The notes beneath the pieces are model-generated. The model was given only the letters and a program-made list of their open reading frames with translations. It had not been told where the DNA came from and made no database searches. From Raillietiella orientalis (taxonomy: Eukaryota), in contig JAYWIR010000016.1 in NCBI GenBank assembly GCA_036172245.1, positions 3,286,001-3,350,000 of the forward strand: a stretch of DNA of 64,000 bases, read 5' to 3'. Positions 11,901 to 32,900 of the stretch are shown here, one piece after another. Position 1 is the stretch's first letter; each line of letters starts with the position of its first letter. The position numbers and the translations under genes are program-made.

Positions 11901-14900
11901 CCGCCCGCCCGCCTGGGAGAGGGCAGTGCCACAGGCGTGCGGTCCCCCAGAATGGGGCAGAAAGCAGTAGGAGGGAAGGAGGGTGGGGAGGAGGGCGAAG
12001 GAGAGCGTCTCGGAGCAGCTGGGATGCACCGCTTCTGGTCCTCTCGTCCCGCGCCTGCGCTGCCGCCTCGCCCGTTCGCGCACGTTCTCTTCGCACACGT
12101 TGGCTCCGTTCGGGACTCCTGAAAGATGTGCCTCACCCTTCCAGCCCCATCCCCCCTCCGTCTTCGGGATCGTCCCGGCCGCTTCGAATGAGCCGGTGGG
12201 GGGAGGCCCCAAATCCGCATCCCGTTCCACCCGCCTCCACTCGCGCGGGTGCGCTCCCGGGAGAAGGGAAGGGCTCCCGTTTCCGGGGTGCCTCTCCCCT
12301 CCCTCGCAGGAGCGGCAGCGGTTCGCCCCGAAGGGATGCACCCCGAAGTTGTTGCGGCGGCCTGGTTCCGGAAAGTCCCGGCCTGGCTGTGACAGCATGC
12401 GGAAGGTTGTCGACGACTGACGTCCTTGACGAGCCGTGCCGCGCCTGTGCGTCCGAGTCGGACTCCGCGGAAAGCGCACGGCGTTTCCGCGGCAGCGGGG
12501 GATAAGAAGGTCGGACTTCCCTTCCTTGACCTCGCCCTTCCTGCTGGTCTTCGACGCCCCGCCGGGTTCACCACGGCAGTCTGTGGCCGCCGCTTTTCTC
12601 GAGGTTTCACCTCCCGCCCCCACCCGCTTACCCGTCGCTCGAACAACGGCGCCTTCGTCGTCGTCGCGCGCCAGCGAAAAGGGGAAATGCGAAGGAGGGT
12701 AAAGGGGGGGAAAGGGGGAGGTCTCGGAAGCAGCAGCACCGGAAAGGAAGAGAGCTGCCAGTCTCTACGGGCACTTCGTCTGTTGCAAGGGTCTTCTCTA
12801 GGAAGCTCCGGGGAGCCTCCGAGAGAGGGAGAGGGAGAAAAGCGAGATCGCGCTGGTGACCTCGCCGGGAAGTTTCCACTTTCGCGCGGGGAGGTTCCGC
12901 TTCCCGGGAGTCTCCCCCTTTCGTCTCACCCAGCATCCCGCCCCCAAGTGAGGCAACCCGGCGTCATCCGATTCCACCACTCTCCAAGGGTCGTTCCCAT
13001 GGACGTGTGTCGGAGAGGGCTGAGCGAGCGGCCCCCGCGCAGTCGACCTTGGAGAGTCCCCAGAAGGGAATTCCGATAGTCCAGGCGACAACCTGAGATT
13101 TTCCCGGAGCCTCATCATCACTCCGCCCCTCCCAGGATGCCTCCAGGAAGAACCCCGCCTTTCTTCCTCTGTCTGGCTCCAGTAGTGCGTTGGTTTGGAG
13201 GCCAGGAGTTCCCCTTCCTCCCAGACTTGCCGCACCTCGCCAGCCCTTTCCCCCACAAGTCGGAGGGGAGCAGGACGGGAGGGGGGGAGAGAGGGAGGGG
13301 TGCGACCCCTCCTGCGCGTCCCTGGAAAGATGTCCCCCTCCTCTCTTCCCCTCCCGATGAAGCCAGGCCAAGAGACTTGGGAGTCAGCTGCTCCCGAGGG
13401 AGGAGATTGGACGAGGGGAAAAAGACAAGGGGAGAGGGTGGGGTCAACAAATAAGGTGAGGGAGGTCTAGGAGAGAGGTTCGATGGGGTAGGGAAGTCAG
13501 AAGGACACGCAGCGCGAAGGGGTCCTACACCTCCCCCGTCCCTGAACGGGCGCGGGGAGGCTGGGGAGGTTCTGCCGATCCGCATTCTTCAGGATGGCGG
13601 AAGGAGCAAGGAGGAGCGCGTGGGGATGAAGAAGGGGACGACCTTTCCCTCGGGAAACGAGAGCTCGCCCCGAGGTTGGAGTGTTGCTGAGCGTCATCTT
13701 GGATCTGCTGAGCCCCCCCAACTCCCCCTTCCACTCCGCAACCAGCTTTCTCTGTATTCCGACCACTTCCTGACGAAGATAGGCGACAAAGTTCTTTCTA
13801 ACTCCCGGAACCGGAAGGGCCGCCGGATCGGAAAAGGGAAAAGGGGAAGCACAACTCTGAGGGGAAGAGAGAGGGGAGGGGGAGGGGAGAAGCGAAAGGA
13901 GGTGCGAGGGAGAGCGGAGCGGCGGCTTTCCCTGTGCTCCTTGAGCCGTTCCTCCTCTCCCCCACGAGAGCCAAGAGGGGGGGGGGGGGGCAGACGAACT
14001 CGGAGAGACCCTGGATGCACTACCGGACCTCCGGAGAGGGAACCAACTGCGCCGAATCCCCGCATTCCGGCCGGCCCGCTGGAGGTGCGAGGTTGGAAAA
14101 TGAGGAGGAAGGAAGAGGGGAAGGGCAGTGGTCCGGAGATAGGAGGAGAGTAATTTTGCAGAGGAGGTGCGAAAGCACAGAGCCTGTTCCGGCTCGTAGC
14201 TCCTGGGAGAGAGCGATGGCGGCTTTCCTCCCCCTGTCCTCCCCCCCTTCCCTCTCACGAAGGGGAGAGGGGGACGCCGTCCTCGTCTCGGATTAGGGAG
14301 GGCGGACTGGAAAGAGTGTCAAGGTCAGCAACGTCCGCATCGGCTGGTGGGAACGAAAGAGAAAACGGGTGGAAAGGTGGAAGGGGATGGGATGGAGGAT
14401 GCTGGACCACGGGCGGAAGCTTCCATAGCGAATGCAGAGGCTTGCAAGAGCCTCTTTTTCCTCCTCACGCAGGAGACACGAAAAGGAAAGGGGGAGTGAG
14501 GGTGGTGCCTCCGTGAGACACGCGACTCTGGAGGGGGGAGGAAATGGGATGGAGGGGAGGGGTGGCGCGAAAGGGGATGCGAGGGAAGGTAGAGCGGCGC
14601 CCTTCCTCTCTCCCGCGCGCGCCGAGAGCGGGGAGAGGCGAACAGGGAGAGGCCCTGGACGCACTCCCGGATCTCCGGGGGAGGGAGTCAACTGCGCTGA
14701 ATCCCTGAGACACGGTTTAGTTTTCGGTGCAAAAGGCGTGGAGCAAGGCGAGGTCGAGGTGCACAGGCACACTCTACCCATCCGTAGTGGACTGGGGAAG
14801 CGGCGGGGACGCGCGTGCGATGGGAGAAAGCGCGAGAGGTCGCCTCCAAGCGCTCCACCGCGCGCCCGCCCGCGCGGCAAGCAAGGCGAAACTGAGAAAA

Positions 14901-15678
14901 CAGAGAGAATTCGGGTTCCCCGAATTTGGGTTTTGTTTTTTTTTTTTACATTCTTTCTGGACGCAGCGTTTTCTAGGGCTACAGCTGGGGGCCCACGGGG
15001 CGCAGAACCCGCAGCCACCGCGGCGGCAACCACAGCAGCCCGAGCACGCAAGGTGCGTGCGTGCGTCGCGTGCAGACGTGCAGAGGAAGGCACGTGCTGC
15101 CCTCTTCTTCGGCCACACGAAACAAATCCCTCGATTTTCTTGCTCCGTCCAACGGCTGCTGCTCACCACCGGCTTCGAGGAGCGAAAGAGGAGGTAAAGT
15201 CCGGACACCCTCTCCTGTCCTCTCCCGTCATCATCCTCTTGTCCGCAGATCTTTATTTTTCGACCACACTTTTTGCCAAGTGCGAGTCGCTCGTGGGCTC
15301 CTTCTGCTCGATGGCGCCGCATGGGCAAGGGCGGAGCAGCTGCATTCGTTCCCAAGCGCCATCCTCAAGCCGGCCCAAGTCACCGTGCCAACACTGGGGG
15401 GTGGCTGCCGCACATCGGGCTTCGTGCTGGACGGTGGTCAGGCGGGGCGAGGCGGACGACGAAGCATCGCCTTCCTACACCGATGACGCATTTCTTTTCC
15501 GCCATTAACCTCTGAACGACGGTGTTGACTGGCAAAGAACTCGTCCGGGGGCCCTCCATCCCCCTCCCCCCGTTCCGTGATCGTTCTGTTTGCCCTTTTG
15601 CAGGACCCGCGCTTCACTTGATGCTGCGAAATTGCTGGTTTTTATAACCATTGGAAGTCAAAAACCTGTTTGTCAACA

Positions 15679-16287
15679 TCAACTCAGAAGTCCCTCGGTA
15701 GGTGAAAGTCCGTTTCGAAATAAATCAAGGAGCGTACACACCCACACACACACACACACACACATACACATACACACATATATATATATATATATTTCCT
15801 CCATCGCTTTCACAAGAATCTCCATCTGATCCGAGGATGCTGCGCAGTAAGAATTTTGCCGCTCCTCAGGGCCTGGGCTCCTCGCTCTATTTTTAGCATC
15901 GACCGGCTCCATTGTTGGCCTAATTACCGGAAACCACCTCCGAATCAGGGTGTCCAGTCGCTGCGGGAAGGGTTTTCGTGTCGTCGGATGTTTGCATACG
16001 AGGACTGGGACTTTGGATGACGTACATTCCTTGGAAAAGATAAACGCGTGTGTTTTGAAAGCGCAAAATGGGCAGCGGAGAGCAGACGCAGCGATTGACT
16101 TTAGATGCTCCCATTCAACGCTTGTATCTGGACCAAAGAAAGTCACACGTTGATCTTCCCAGTCAAACTCTTCTGTGTCAGGATGCAGCAGAAATTTCGA
16201 AAATGCAAATTCGGTTCCAGGAAGACAAAAAGCTGTCTTCAAATGTTCGAGTGTGGTTCGAGTGTTTGCAAGCCAATCCAGAAACAT
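15679..16287 (-). CDS. Hypothetical 202-aa ORF just downstream of the CAPSL-like stop codon
   Basis: ATG-initiated open frame in lower-GC DNA with protein-like composition (CPFC motif). The C-terminus runs into a (TA)/(TG) microsatellite. No family recognised. Confidence 0.2.
   Translation of the reverse strand: MFLDWLANTRTTLEHLKTAFCLPGTEFAFSKFLLHPDTEEFDWEDQRVTFFGPDTSVEWEHLKSIAASALRCPFCAFKTHAFIFSKECTSSKVPVLVCKHPTTRKPFPQRLDTLIRRWFPVIRPTMEPVDAKNRARSPGPEERQNSYCAASSDQMEILVKAMEEIYIYIYVCMCMCVCVCVWVCTLLDLFRNGLSPTEGLLS
15743..15795 (+). repeat. Compound (CA)n/(TA)n microsatellite
   Basis: Directly visible. Confidence 0.95.
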
Positions 16288-16413
16288 CTCACCTTAAGGG
16301 ATACATACCTTGAGTTCTTTTTGAAGTTGTCTGAATCGCTTTTAATGATTATTTTTTTTACGAAAAACAAAAAGGCAAGCTGGAAAAAAAGCTGAAAATG
16401 AAAGTGAAAAAAA

Positions 16414-16418
16414 ACACA

Positions 16419-16451
<33 letters not shown>

Positions 16452-16452
16452 A
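16414..16452 (+). repeat. Compound (CA)n(CG)n microsatellite (alternating purine-pyrimidine)
   Basis: Directly visible. Confidence 0.95.
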
Positions 16453-16564
16453 AAAAAAACTAGGACACAGAAACCACGAATCTGCTGCCAAGCGTTTTTT
16501 TGCAGGAAAAAGGAAAACAGGCTTAATGAAGGCTACAGATCAGTGCCTTATTTTGTGCCAGCAG

Positions 16565-24685
<8,121 letters not shown>

Positions 24686-26104
24686 TTCCTCCCAGCTCGA
24701 CTTTCCGAACGGTACGGCTTCAGAAGAATGGCGCGAGGGAACGGCTGATTCACTCGGAAGTTTTCGCCGCCCAGTGACGTGCATGCGGGCGGCGGGAGAG
24801 CCCACGGGACATCTGGTTATCTCACTTCACTCCAGGCATCGATGTTTTAGGTGTGCCTCTGGGTTGTCTACTTGCTCGAGCGCCGGAAGACGGCTGCATT
24901 CTCTTGGAGAGTGGAAGGAGGGGAAGGGAGAGGTTGTCGCTGCCATCCTGATGGAAAGATCCTTCGGACGATTAACAGAGTACCGCTCCTGAAGCAAGCA
25001 CGGTGGGGAGGAGAAATACAGGCGCTGACTCCCTCTGTTCCAGTCGCAGATGCCCACAGGAACGTGCGGGCGTAGGGATTCTTCGTGTGGCAGGCGTCCC
25101 TACCGTGTTTCGTCCACCTTGAGCAGAGCACACGGAGATTGCAGCCTCCCCCGTCCTACCCCTCGGCCTACCTTCGATCCGTGACTTCTGCGGTTACTTC
25201 CAGAAGGTCACGCTGGAACCCTCTGCTCCTCTTATTTCTGCATCTCACCTCTCTACTATACGTAGCTGCTATCCCCTCCCCCCTTCCCTCCCCGGCATTC
25301 AAATCTTCTCCCGGTGGATTCTGATGGGACTTTCTGGTTTGGCTTTTCGGCTCCCTCCATGTGACATTCCAACGGCTGCTCTTCCTCTCCACAGCCCTAC
25401 CGCATTCTGTCCACGAGTGCACGGACGTAAGCCCCTGCCCCCCGCTTTTCCTCTTTCTTTCCTGCGCTTACGTGGGTATCGTGCGTCGAGATGGTCCCGT
25501 CCAAAAGGCCATCTAGGCTACATTTCCGAGGAGAATCGGCGTTGACTCCAGGTGCGCTGGAAGAGCCCCGCAGGACACCCAGGTTTCCTACGTACGACCC
25601 CCTGATGGCAGTGGGTGGACGTTCACAGCTCGGATCCTGGATGCAGTTCCCTTGATCCCACCGCCGAATGCGATCCTAGGAGATCCCGCGCCTCCACGCG
25701 AAGGGCGGTTCGTCTTCTCAGGTTGAGCAATCGGCCATCGCCATTGCGCCAACCGTCAACCTTGAGGGACCGCCATGCGTTCAGCGAGAGCGGCTCGAAG
25801 TGGGGCGACGTGTTCTCCCTCCCCTTTCTCCCTCTCCCCGTGCCACGTGATCTGGAGTGGGCTTGACGGGAGAGGGGAATTCGGCGGACGGCCCAGCGCA
25901 CGCCCTGTGGTCTCTCCTCCGTTCCCTTTCCAGCCAGCGGCGGAGACGAACGGTATTTCTCCTGGATCGTCACCCGCGTGCTCCAAAGTGTTCATTTCAT
26001 ATTAAAAAACATAGACATTTACGATCCCTGTGGTCGCATCGGTGGAAAAGGGAGCGGTTGGACCACCGCGTCCTTTTCAGATAAAACCACCCGTGATACA
26101 AGTA

Positions 26105-26500
26105 CGCAGCCCGGTGAGGTCCACCACGCCAGCAGAGGGGAAGGGAGGGAGGGAGCAAACGAAAAGAAAAAGAAACGAAAATAAAAATAAATGTCCAGCT
26201 GTATTACGTCCTGCTGGATGAGGTCCTCTGCATCCTTTCGAGGATGCCGTCAAGCTCTTGCTGCAGGTTCTGCCTGCCCACGCACTTTTCCCCAGATCTC
26301 GGAGCAGGCAGTTGTTGTAGTTCCCGTACAGGAAACGTCGTGCTTGTTCTGGGAATCGCTCCTGGTTCCTCGCTCACATGCGAACGGTTTCCTGCAGTCA
26401 GGCACTATCGTTCGCGGGGTGGCAGGAAGTCCAGATGTCGTGGATCTTCGTCAGGGTTGCCACCCGCCGGAGCTGCACTGCAGTTTGAGGTGGGAGATGT
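26105..26500 (-). repeat. Dispersed repeat family member, homologous to 36200-36320 and 37229-37385 on +
   Basis: The reverse complement shares aagagcttg..aaaggatgcaga..agcaggacgtaatacagc..T-rich tract..ccctctgctg..gtggtggacctcaccgg with 37229-37385. It also shares tgcgtgggcag and cgggtggca with 36200-36320. Confidence 0.8.
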
Positions 26501-29500
26501 GGCAACGACGGCGCGCCAGGAAGAACGCCAGTCGGTGGCCTGCTGGACGGGGAGGAGCACAGATCCGCCTCAGGTGGCGCTCCACGACTTCGCCATGAGA
26601 GCGAGGATCTGCAATTGAAGCTTCTGCGACTCCGTCCGCTCCCGCGTCAGGAGGCCGAGACCGCCGTCCAGACGCAGAACACAGGGCTTCTTCAGTCGGA
26701 CTCGGGACCTCCTGGTCGCGTTCCTCCTGGAGGATCCGAAGAAGCGACGCTCCTCCGAGGACGATCTACACCCAGGTCAGGCTACGGGGTCCCTCTAGTC
26801 TGCCGGGGAAGAAACACGGAAGAAGGTTCAGGGATGCGGCGGTCGTTCCCCGAGGTGGGCCGACAGACGAGTTCCCGGCGCGTACTGGGGAAAGTTCTGT
26901 GTGGTAGAGTCGTCCCCAGCGTCGCTCGCTTTCCGTGGGAAGACCGTGAACTTTGGATCAGGAAGCGGATAAGCGGATCTTCCCCATTGCGAACTCCCAG
27001 GGATCGAGTGGAAGAAGATGGTAGCGGTCCGCATCCCAGGAGATCCAGCCGGTCCCGACGACATTCTGCAGATCCAGAAACCCCCAGCACAGGGCGTTTG
27101 GGTCCGGGCAACGCACCTTTCTGGCACTCCTTCGGATGCCCTAAGGGGGCTTTCGAGTTCTCGCGCGGGGTCAAGCGGCCCGAGCGGCGATCCTGAGCCT
27201 CTCTGAGAAGGTTTGAGGGGGCCTCGATCGCCCGGCAGGTAGCTCCGTAGTCCCGGGTTCTGGGTGGTTGGCTCCGGAAGACTCCCTCCTTCCCCGCCCT
27301 CCCCTCCTGTCATCCGGCTGCAGGGCCTTGCAGCTCTCGAGGTGAGGAAGGAGCCCACGTGAGGAGCAAAGCGGGTCCTTCCGCTGCGCCATCCGGCGCC
27401 ACCCGTGAGTTTCCGGAGCTCCCTCGGGGCTGATTCGATCCCAGGTCCGGTATCTGGGGCACCCGGATGGCACCAAGTGCTCCGGAGAGAAACGTTAGGG
27501 AATCGTCTGGCCGATGAGCAATACACGTTTCCGCACGCCGACCGAACCCGACGGGAACGCGAAAAGGGAGGGAAAGGGAGGGATGACAAAGTCAGCTCGG
27601 AAAGGCAGCAGAGTCTTCTTGCACCCCCCGCAGGGGAAGCCGGAGGGAGGCGAGCACACGTGACTTTCTCGGTAACGAGGAGACCTCGGCTAGGACTCCC
27701 GGTCCTCTTTGCCCCACTGGTACGAAGTCCACACTGTACCCGACCATCCCACCGGGAAGGCCTTCCCATTTTGCCATCAGCGTCCTATACCGGAGTCTTC
27801 TCCCCCTCTCCCGTCAATCTCCCTACCCCTCTCCTGCCTTTCCTCCTTTGAAAGGCCGGCAGAATGCCTCTGGTCCCTTGCGCTGTATGGCAACCAGCGG
27901 AACAAACCTCCTCCTCCTCTTCATTTTCAGCGGTTGCAAGAGGAGGAGGAAGGAGGGAGGAGAAGGAAGGAGGAAGAAGAGAAGGAGAAGGAGGAGGAAG
28001 AGTAAGAAAGGAGACTGCGAGAGGTCGGTCGATCCGACTCCCCTCTTCCGGGAGGCGGTGCGGAAGGTCACGCGAACGCGCCGTTGCTGGAGAGAGGAGA
28101 GAGCACCCTCCGTACCCGAGAGGTCGAGAAGGATGAGCAACCTCTGCTGCTTCCGCTCCTCTCCCCTTCCGTCGGAAGGGCGCGGACGCAGCCCCTGCAG
28201 CGCGCACCGTCCCGGCTCCTCCCGGGGGCGACCGCCCTCGCCTGCTTTCCCTCCCTCCCGCTTTCGCCACGAGACTGGATAGGGCACGTCAGGAGGGCTG
28301 AGAGAGGGTCCTTCCATCAACCCCTCCCTCACGCCGCCACACCCCCCACACCATCCCTTGCCGTGAGATCCGGTTGGCCAGGGAAGCGCGGGCCTCTGAA
28401 CAAAGGGAGAGAGTGGAAAGTTCGGGTGTCTCCCCCGGAACGAATGCGCTCGCCCACCCATCCCGGCCCCGAACTGGGCACAGAGATGCGCTCCTATCCC
28501 GCTCCCACGACCTGGTCCTGCTATTCCTAGGGCAACGGACCGGATCGGGCCTTCTGCGTTTCCTCCCGCTCCTTCTGCGCCATCTCGGGAGCCGCCGGTC
28601 CTCGCCTTTCCCCTCCCGGAAGCGCCGTCGTCGTATGTCCTGAGGGGGCATTCGAGTTGAAGCCCTGCCCCTCTTCCTCCGGGGGGCTAACGGCTGCCGA
28701 GGCTTCCGGGCACCTCGTGGACCCACGATGGGGCAGCGTGTCGCCGGAACTCTCAGTGGAGGGGTCATCGAGCTGATCTTTTCGTCCGCTCCCCTTCCCC
28801 TGCTCCCTCTCTCTCCTGCTCGGGTCCATCCTCTCGAGGAGCGAACTGGCCGGGAACGAGACCTCTCGACGGATCGCACTGCAGGCGAGCACTCCCTCTC
28901 CAGTGGCGCGCCACAGTGGAGCGCCCTCGGTGGACAGCACCGCCTGAGGCACCCCTCTCTCCCCCTCGCCCCTGCCAAGCGGCCACTTCTACCTTCCCCT
29001 TCTCCTCCATCGCTCCTGCTTTCAGTTTTTCTTCCTCTCTGCTCCTATGACCAGCTGCGGGGTAACTCACTCGCCTCCGCCGCCGTGCGGGCGGGGCGAG
29101 CGAGTCGCGTGGTGCGATGGGGGTGGGGAGGAGGAGCGAGAAAAAGACGAATCCACCCCTCTCCCGCCACTCCTCTTCTCTCCGCCGCGGGGAGGAGCCC
29201 TTTTCCCTCTTCCGCTTCCCCGGTTTCCACCTCCGCGCGAGGGTCCACGGATGGGGAAAGGCCGGGAGTCCGGGGCCCACCGAACGACTCCCGCTTTCTG
29301 GAGGGCGGCGGCGGCTGAAGACCTTCCGCCGAACGCGGCCGGGAACGGAAGGATGCTGCGTGTGAGAGCGCGCGGGAAGCGCCTTCGTCTCGCACGCGCA
29401 CGTCTCGCCTGCGCCGACGACCAGCCCCGAGGCGACCGCCGCTCACGGTGTCCGCGGCGGCGAACCTTCCCGAATGTTCGCGACCGCTCCTAAGGACTCC

Positions 29501-32500
29501 TTCCCCTCCTCCGCCTGGCTCCTGCGTTCCTCCCTGAGCGATGTTCCCTCCCGGAAAGGGAAGGGGCGGCCTAAGCGCTCAACCCGCCTCTCAGAAAGAG
29601 AGCGTGGACGGAGCCCCTTCCCTCCGCAGAGCAGGGACTCCCCACCCACGCGCGCTCGGGAACTCAGCGGAGAATTCTCTCCGAGGGGCTTCGGTAGCCG
29701 CGTCCGAATCACCCGCGGATGGGCACATCCTGGAATTCGAACCTTCTGCAGGACGCCGCTGGTTCGGATGTGGCAGCACCGGGAGTAGGCAACCTCACGG
29801 GACTTTCGCAGGGATCAAGGAGGGTCTACCAGGAGCCGACCGACCTCTCCGCTTGAGGGGTACCTCCACCGCGATCGGGAGCGAACGAAGCAAGAGCTTT
29901 CCTCCCGGGAGCGACGGGAACGGATGGCCGTCTCCGGGCGAATCAGAATGTCCCCTCCAGGGTTGCTCTCCTGCCTGGCAGTTGGCACAGCCAAAGCGGA
30001 AGCTGCCGGCTCCTTGACCTCCCTTGATGCCCCGGCCGAGAGAGGGAAAGCGAGGGCGGCCGATCGCCCTTGGCGAAGACCGTATCGAGTTGCCCCGCAG
30101 GCAGCGCGCGGGCGAACCCGTCCGCGCGCCCTCCTCTCCTCCATCCGAGCTTTCGCCCGCGGGTGTTGAGGCCGCGTGGCGGTGCGTCACGCGGAGGGCA
30201 CGCGATGGGGTCCGCGGGTCGAGCGGCGGCGGCTGCCGTGTCGCTCTGCCGGGAGGCCCTGCTCCAGCCGAAGAGGAATTCCGTGACTCCGATCGCGGTG
30301 GAGGGGGGCGGGCTTTGTGCCCCCCCCCCCTTCCCCTCATTCCCCCGAAGAGCGCGGAGGCCGGTCGGTCTCCTTATTTTTTCTATTGACGGAGAGGGGG
30401 AGGGGAGGCAGGGCCTCCGCGCAGCATTCGGTTGCCTGCCTTGATCTCTGGAATCCCCACATGCGGTGCGAGGTCGGAGGGAGCGAATCAGCGTTTTGAG
30501 AATCTCCCCTCTACCACCCGAGCCGCCGGCTTCTCCTCTGCGAACGCGACTGTAGCCGCGGGCTGGGCGATTCCCGTCCGGAAGCGGCTCCAGAGTTCCT
30601 TCCCCGCGGGCATTCTGGAGATCCCGCTGCCAGGAGCAGCAGCAGTAGCATCTCTCGCTGCGACAAGTGCGTCGACGCTGGGAGGAGGTGGCGAGGCAGA
30701 ATCCACGTACCGCACTCCATGAGAACGGCGAGAGCGCAGCGCCGCCGGGCGATGCTCGGCAGATAAGAGGGCAGGCGCCGAGGTCCAAGGCACTCGGCAC
30801 GAGATGGTGGTCCACGGGAGAAGGAAAGCTCGAACGGGAGGAAGCTACCTCCCCCCCTCCTCCTTCTTCTCCCTTTCCCCTTTCCTTCCATGAAAGATGA
30901 AGGAGTCCTGCGTTTGCTTGAGGAGGGAGGGCAAGGTCGCACAGCGGGCTGGAAAGAGGGATGGAGTGCTTCGCCGCGGAGGAGGACGCGTGGGTCCAAA
31001 AATCCCCTTCCACTTACTCAGCCCGGAAGAAAGAGGGAGGGAGGAGAGTAGTGGTGTATCCCCTTGGGGATCTCCGCCCGATCGAGCTTCGTCTTGAAGG
31101 GGATGCCCTGGCGCAAAGGACAGTTGCCTTCGCCTCCCCACCCCTCCCTTTCTCACCGTCTCGGTAGCATTCCGCGCGCGCGCAGGCGCGATGCACTCCG
31201 TTGCCAAGCGGCCGGTCTGCGGCAACCGCGTGGGCGACTTGGAGGGCCTTTTTTTATTTTTTCTGTTTCCGGCCTGTCGCCGGCAGCGCGCCCGCGATCC
31301 AGGAGCTTTGCTTCCCACTGAGAGGCGACCCCCTTAGCGACCATCCTCCGGCCGACGGCGGAAAACTGCAGCCACCGGAATCCGCCTTGTGGGAATTTCG
31401 GAGGAGCTCCGGCGAGAGAGCGGCGCGGTTCTGGAGGTGAAAGCGTTCTGATTTATTGGGATCGCCCGGATGCGGGCGAGCGGCGGCCATCCGAGTGAAA
31501 GTGAGGCCTCCGCCTGCCCCGCCGTGGCGAAGAGTCAACAGCTGCCGGCCGCAGTCGCCGACGCGCCAGAGGTCAGGCGCGGTCTTTTCCATCCGTGCCA
31601 CTCCAGAATGCTGCTGCTCGTGCGCAACTCTGTGCTTCGGATCCGGACAAGGGAGGGGGGAGGGGGAGAAGAAGGGGGACCGGGTCTCCCTCAGGAGAGA
31701 GAGGGGGAGGGGAGGAGCTGCTGGGCAGCCGCCGCCGTCACCCCCGGGCTCCGCAGACAGGTTGCCGTTATCCCGCCTGCCGTGGGGACACGGGAGGAGC
31801 GTCGCGCGCCAAAAAAAAAAAAGAAAGGCAGAGAGAGAAGGGCCGGACGGGGTATCCTGGAGTCCGTCGCCTCCGTCAAGAGACCCGGTTCATCTGGAAC
31901 CTCGAGGAAAGCGGGCAAAAAAGCAAAGGCGGACCCTCCTCCACCTCGCCGGACCACCAGCCGCCCCGTTCGAGCCCCTGCCCTCCATTCCTGAAGAGGT
32001 CAGGCAGGCTCTCTCACGCACACTTGGCTCTTCCCCCGGGATTCTTGCAGAGTCGCTCGGGATTCAAAGAGGCGGAGTTCCGCGCGGGGGCAGTGGTTTC
32101 GGCTAGAGCCGCGAGATGGCACCGCAACCGTTGAACACGCGTTGTGGGGAGGGGGGGGGGCAAGATACCAACAAACAAATACACAAACTGAAGGGGGAGG
32201 AGGGGGGGAAGCACGCGCAGACCCACCCACACCCACAAAAAGCTTCTCAGAGGTGGTCAAATTCTTCAGTGTTGACGCAGAGGCCAGGCGAACACTCGTT
32301 GCCGACAGGATGCGTCTGTTTGTTTTTCATACCCGTGTCCTTGCGCGTCCGCGGGTTTTCCAGGTCTTCGAGGCACCTACCCCAGGCACTCCCCCCCCCC
32401 CTTCGTTATAGCCTCCTGACCTCACCTGCTGGGCAGAGTTCGAGGCAGGCTGGAGGAAGGCAGGTCGACAATGAGGGGAAAGGGGAGGGGGAAGAGAGAT

Positions 32501-32629
32501 CCGACCTACCAAGAGGGGGACGATTGGAGCCATGAAGAGAGAGAGAAGAAGCACTGCGGATGACCTCTCCCCCACACAGCATCCCCGGGGCGACCACCGC
32601 TCCCCCCAAAAAAAGGCAAAGGGAGGGAG

Positions 32630-32900
32630 GCAAGTCCACCTTGCTCTAGCTATGATTTCAAGGGTGGCCCGATCTTTGCCTTGTTCGAAATAGGGGATGG
32701 CTACAGCGGGAAACGCGAAGGTACAGGCACGGTGGATCACGAGGCCCAGGCTGAGACCTTCCGGCCGGGCGGACTGTTCGGCGTCACCCGACGACCTCAC
32801 CTGGAAAGTTAGCGAGGCCGCAGCCCTCTGCTGGCTGAGCGTTCCTCGGAAAGCGCAGTAGACGGTCGTCGGGGCGCCGCGGGCCATGAGGGGGCGGAGA
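32630..32900 (-). mobile_element. Possible decayed LINE RT thumb fragment (R1/I-group-like)
   Basis: TTVYCAFRGTL...LSLGLVIHRACTF...LEIIARARW resembles the KT...KG.L...YLG.xxD..LTF...L..IAR..WG pattern. Confidence 0.33.
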
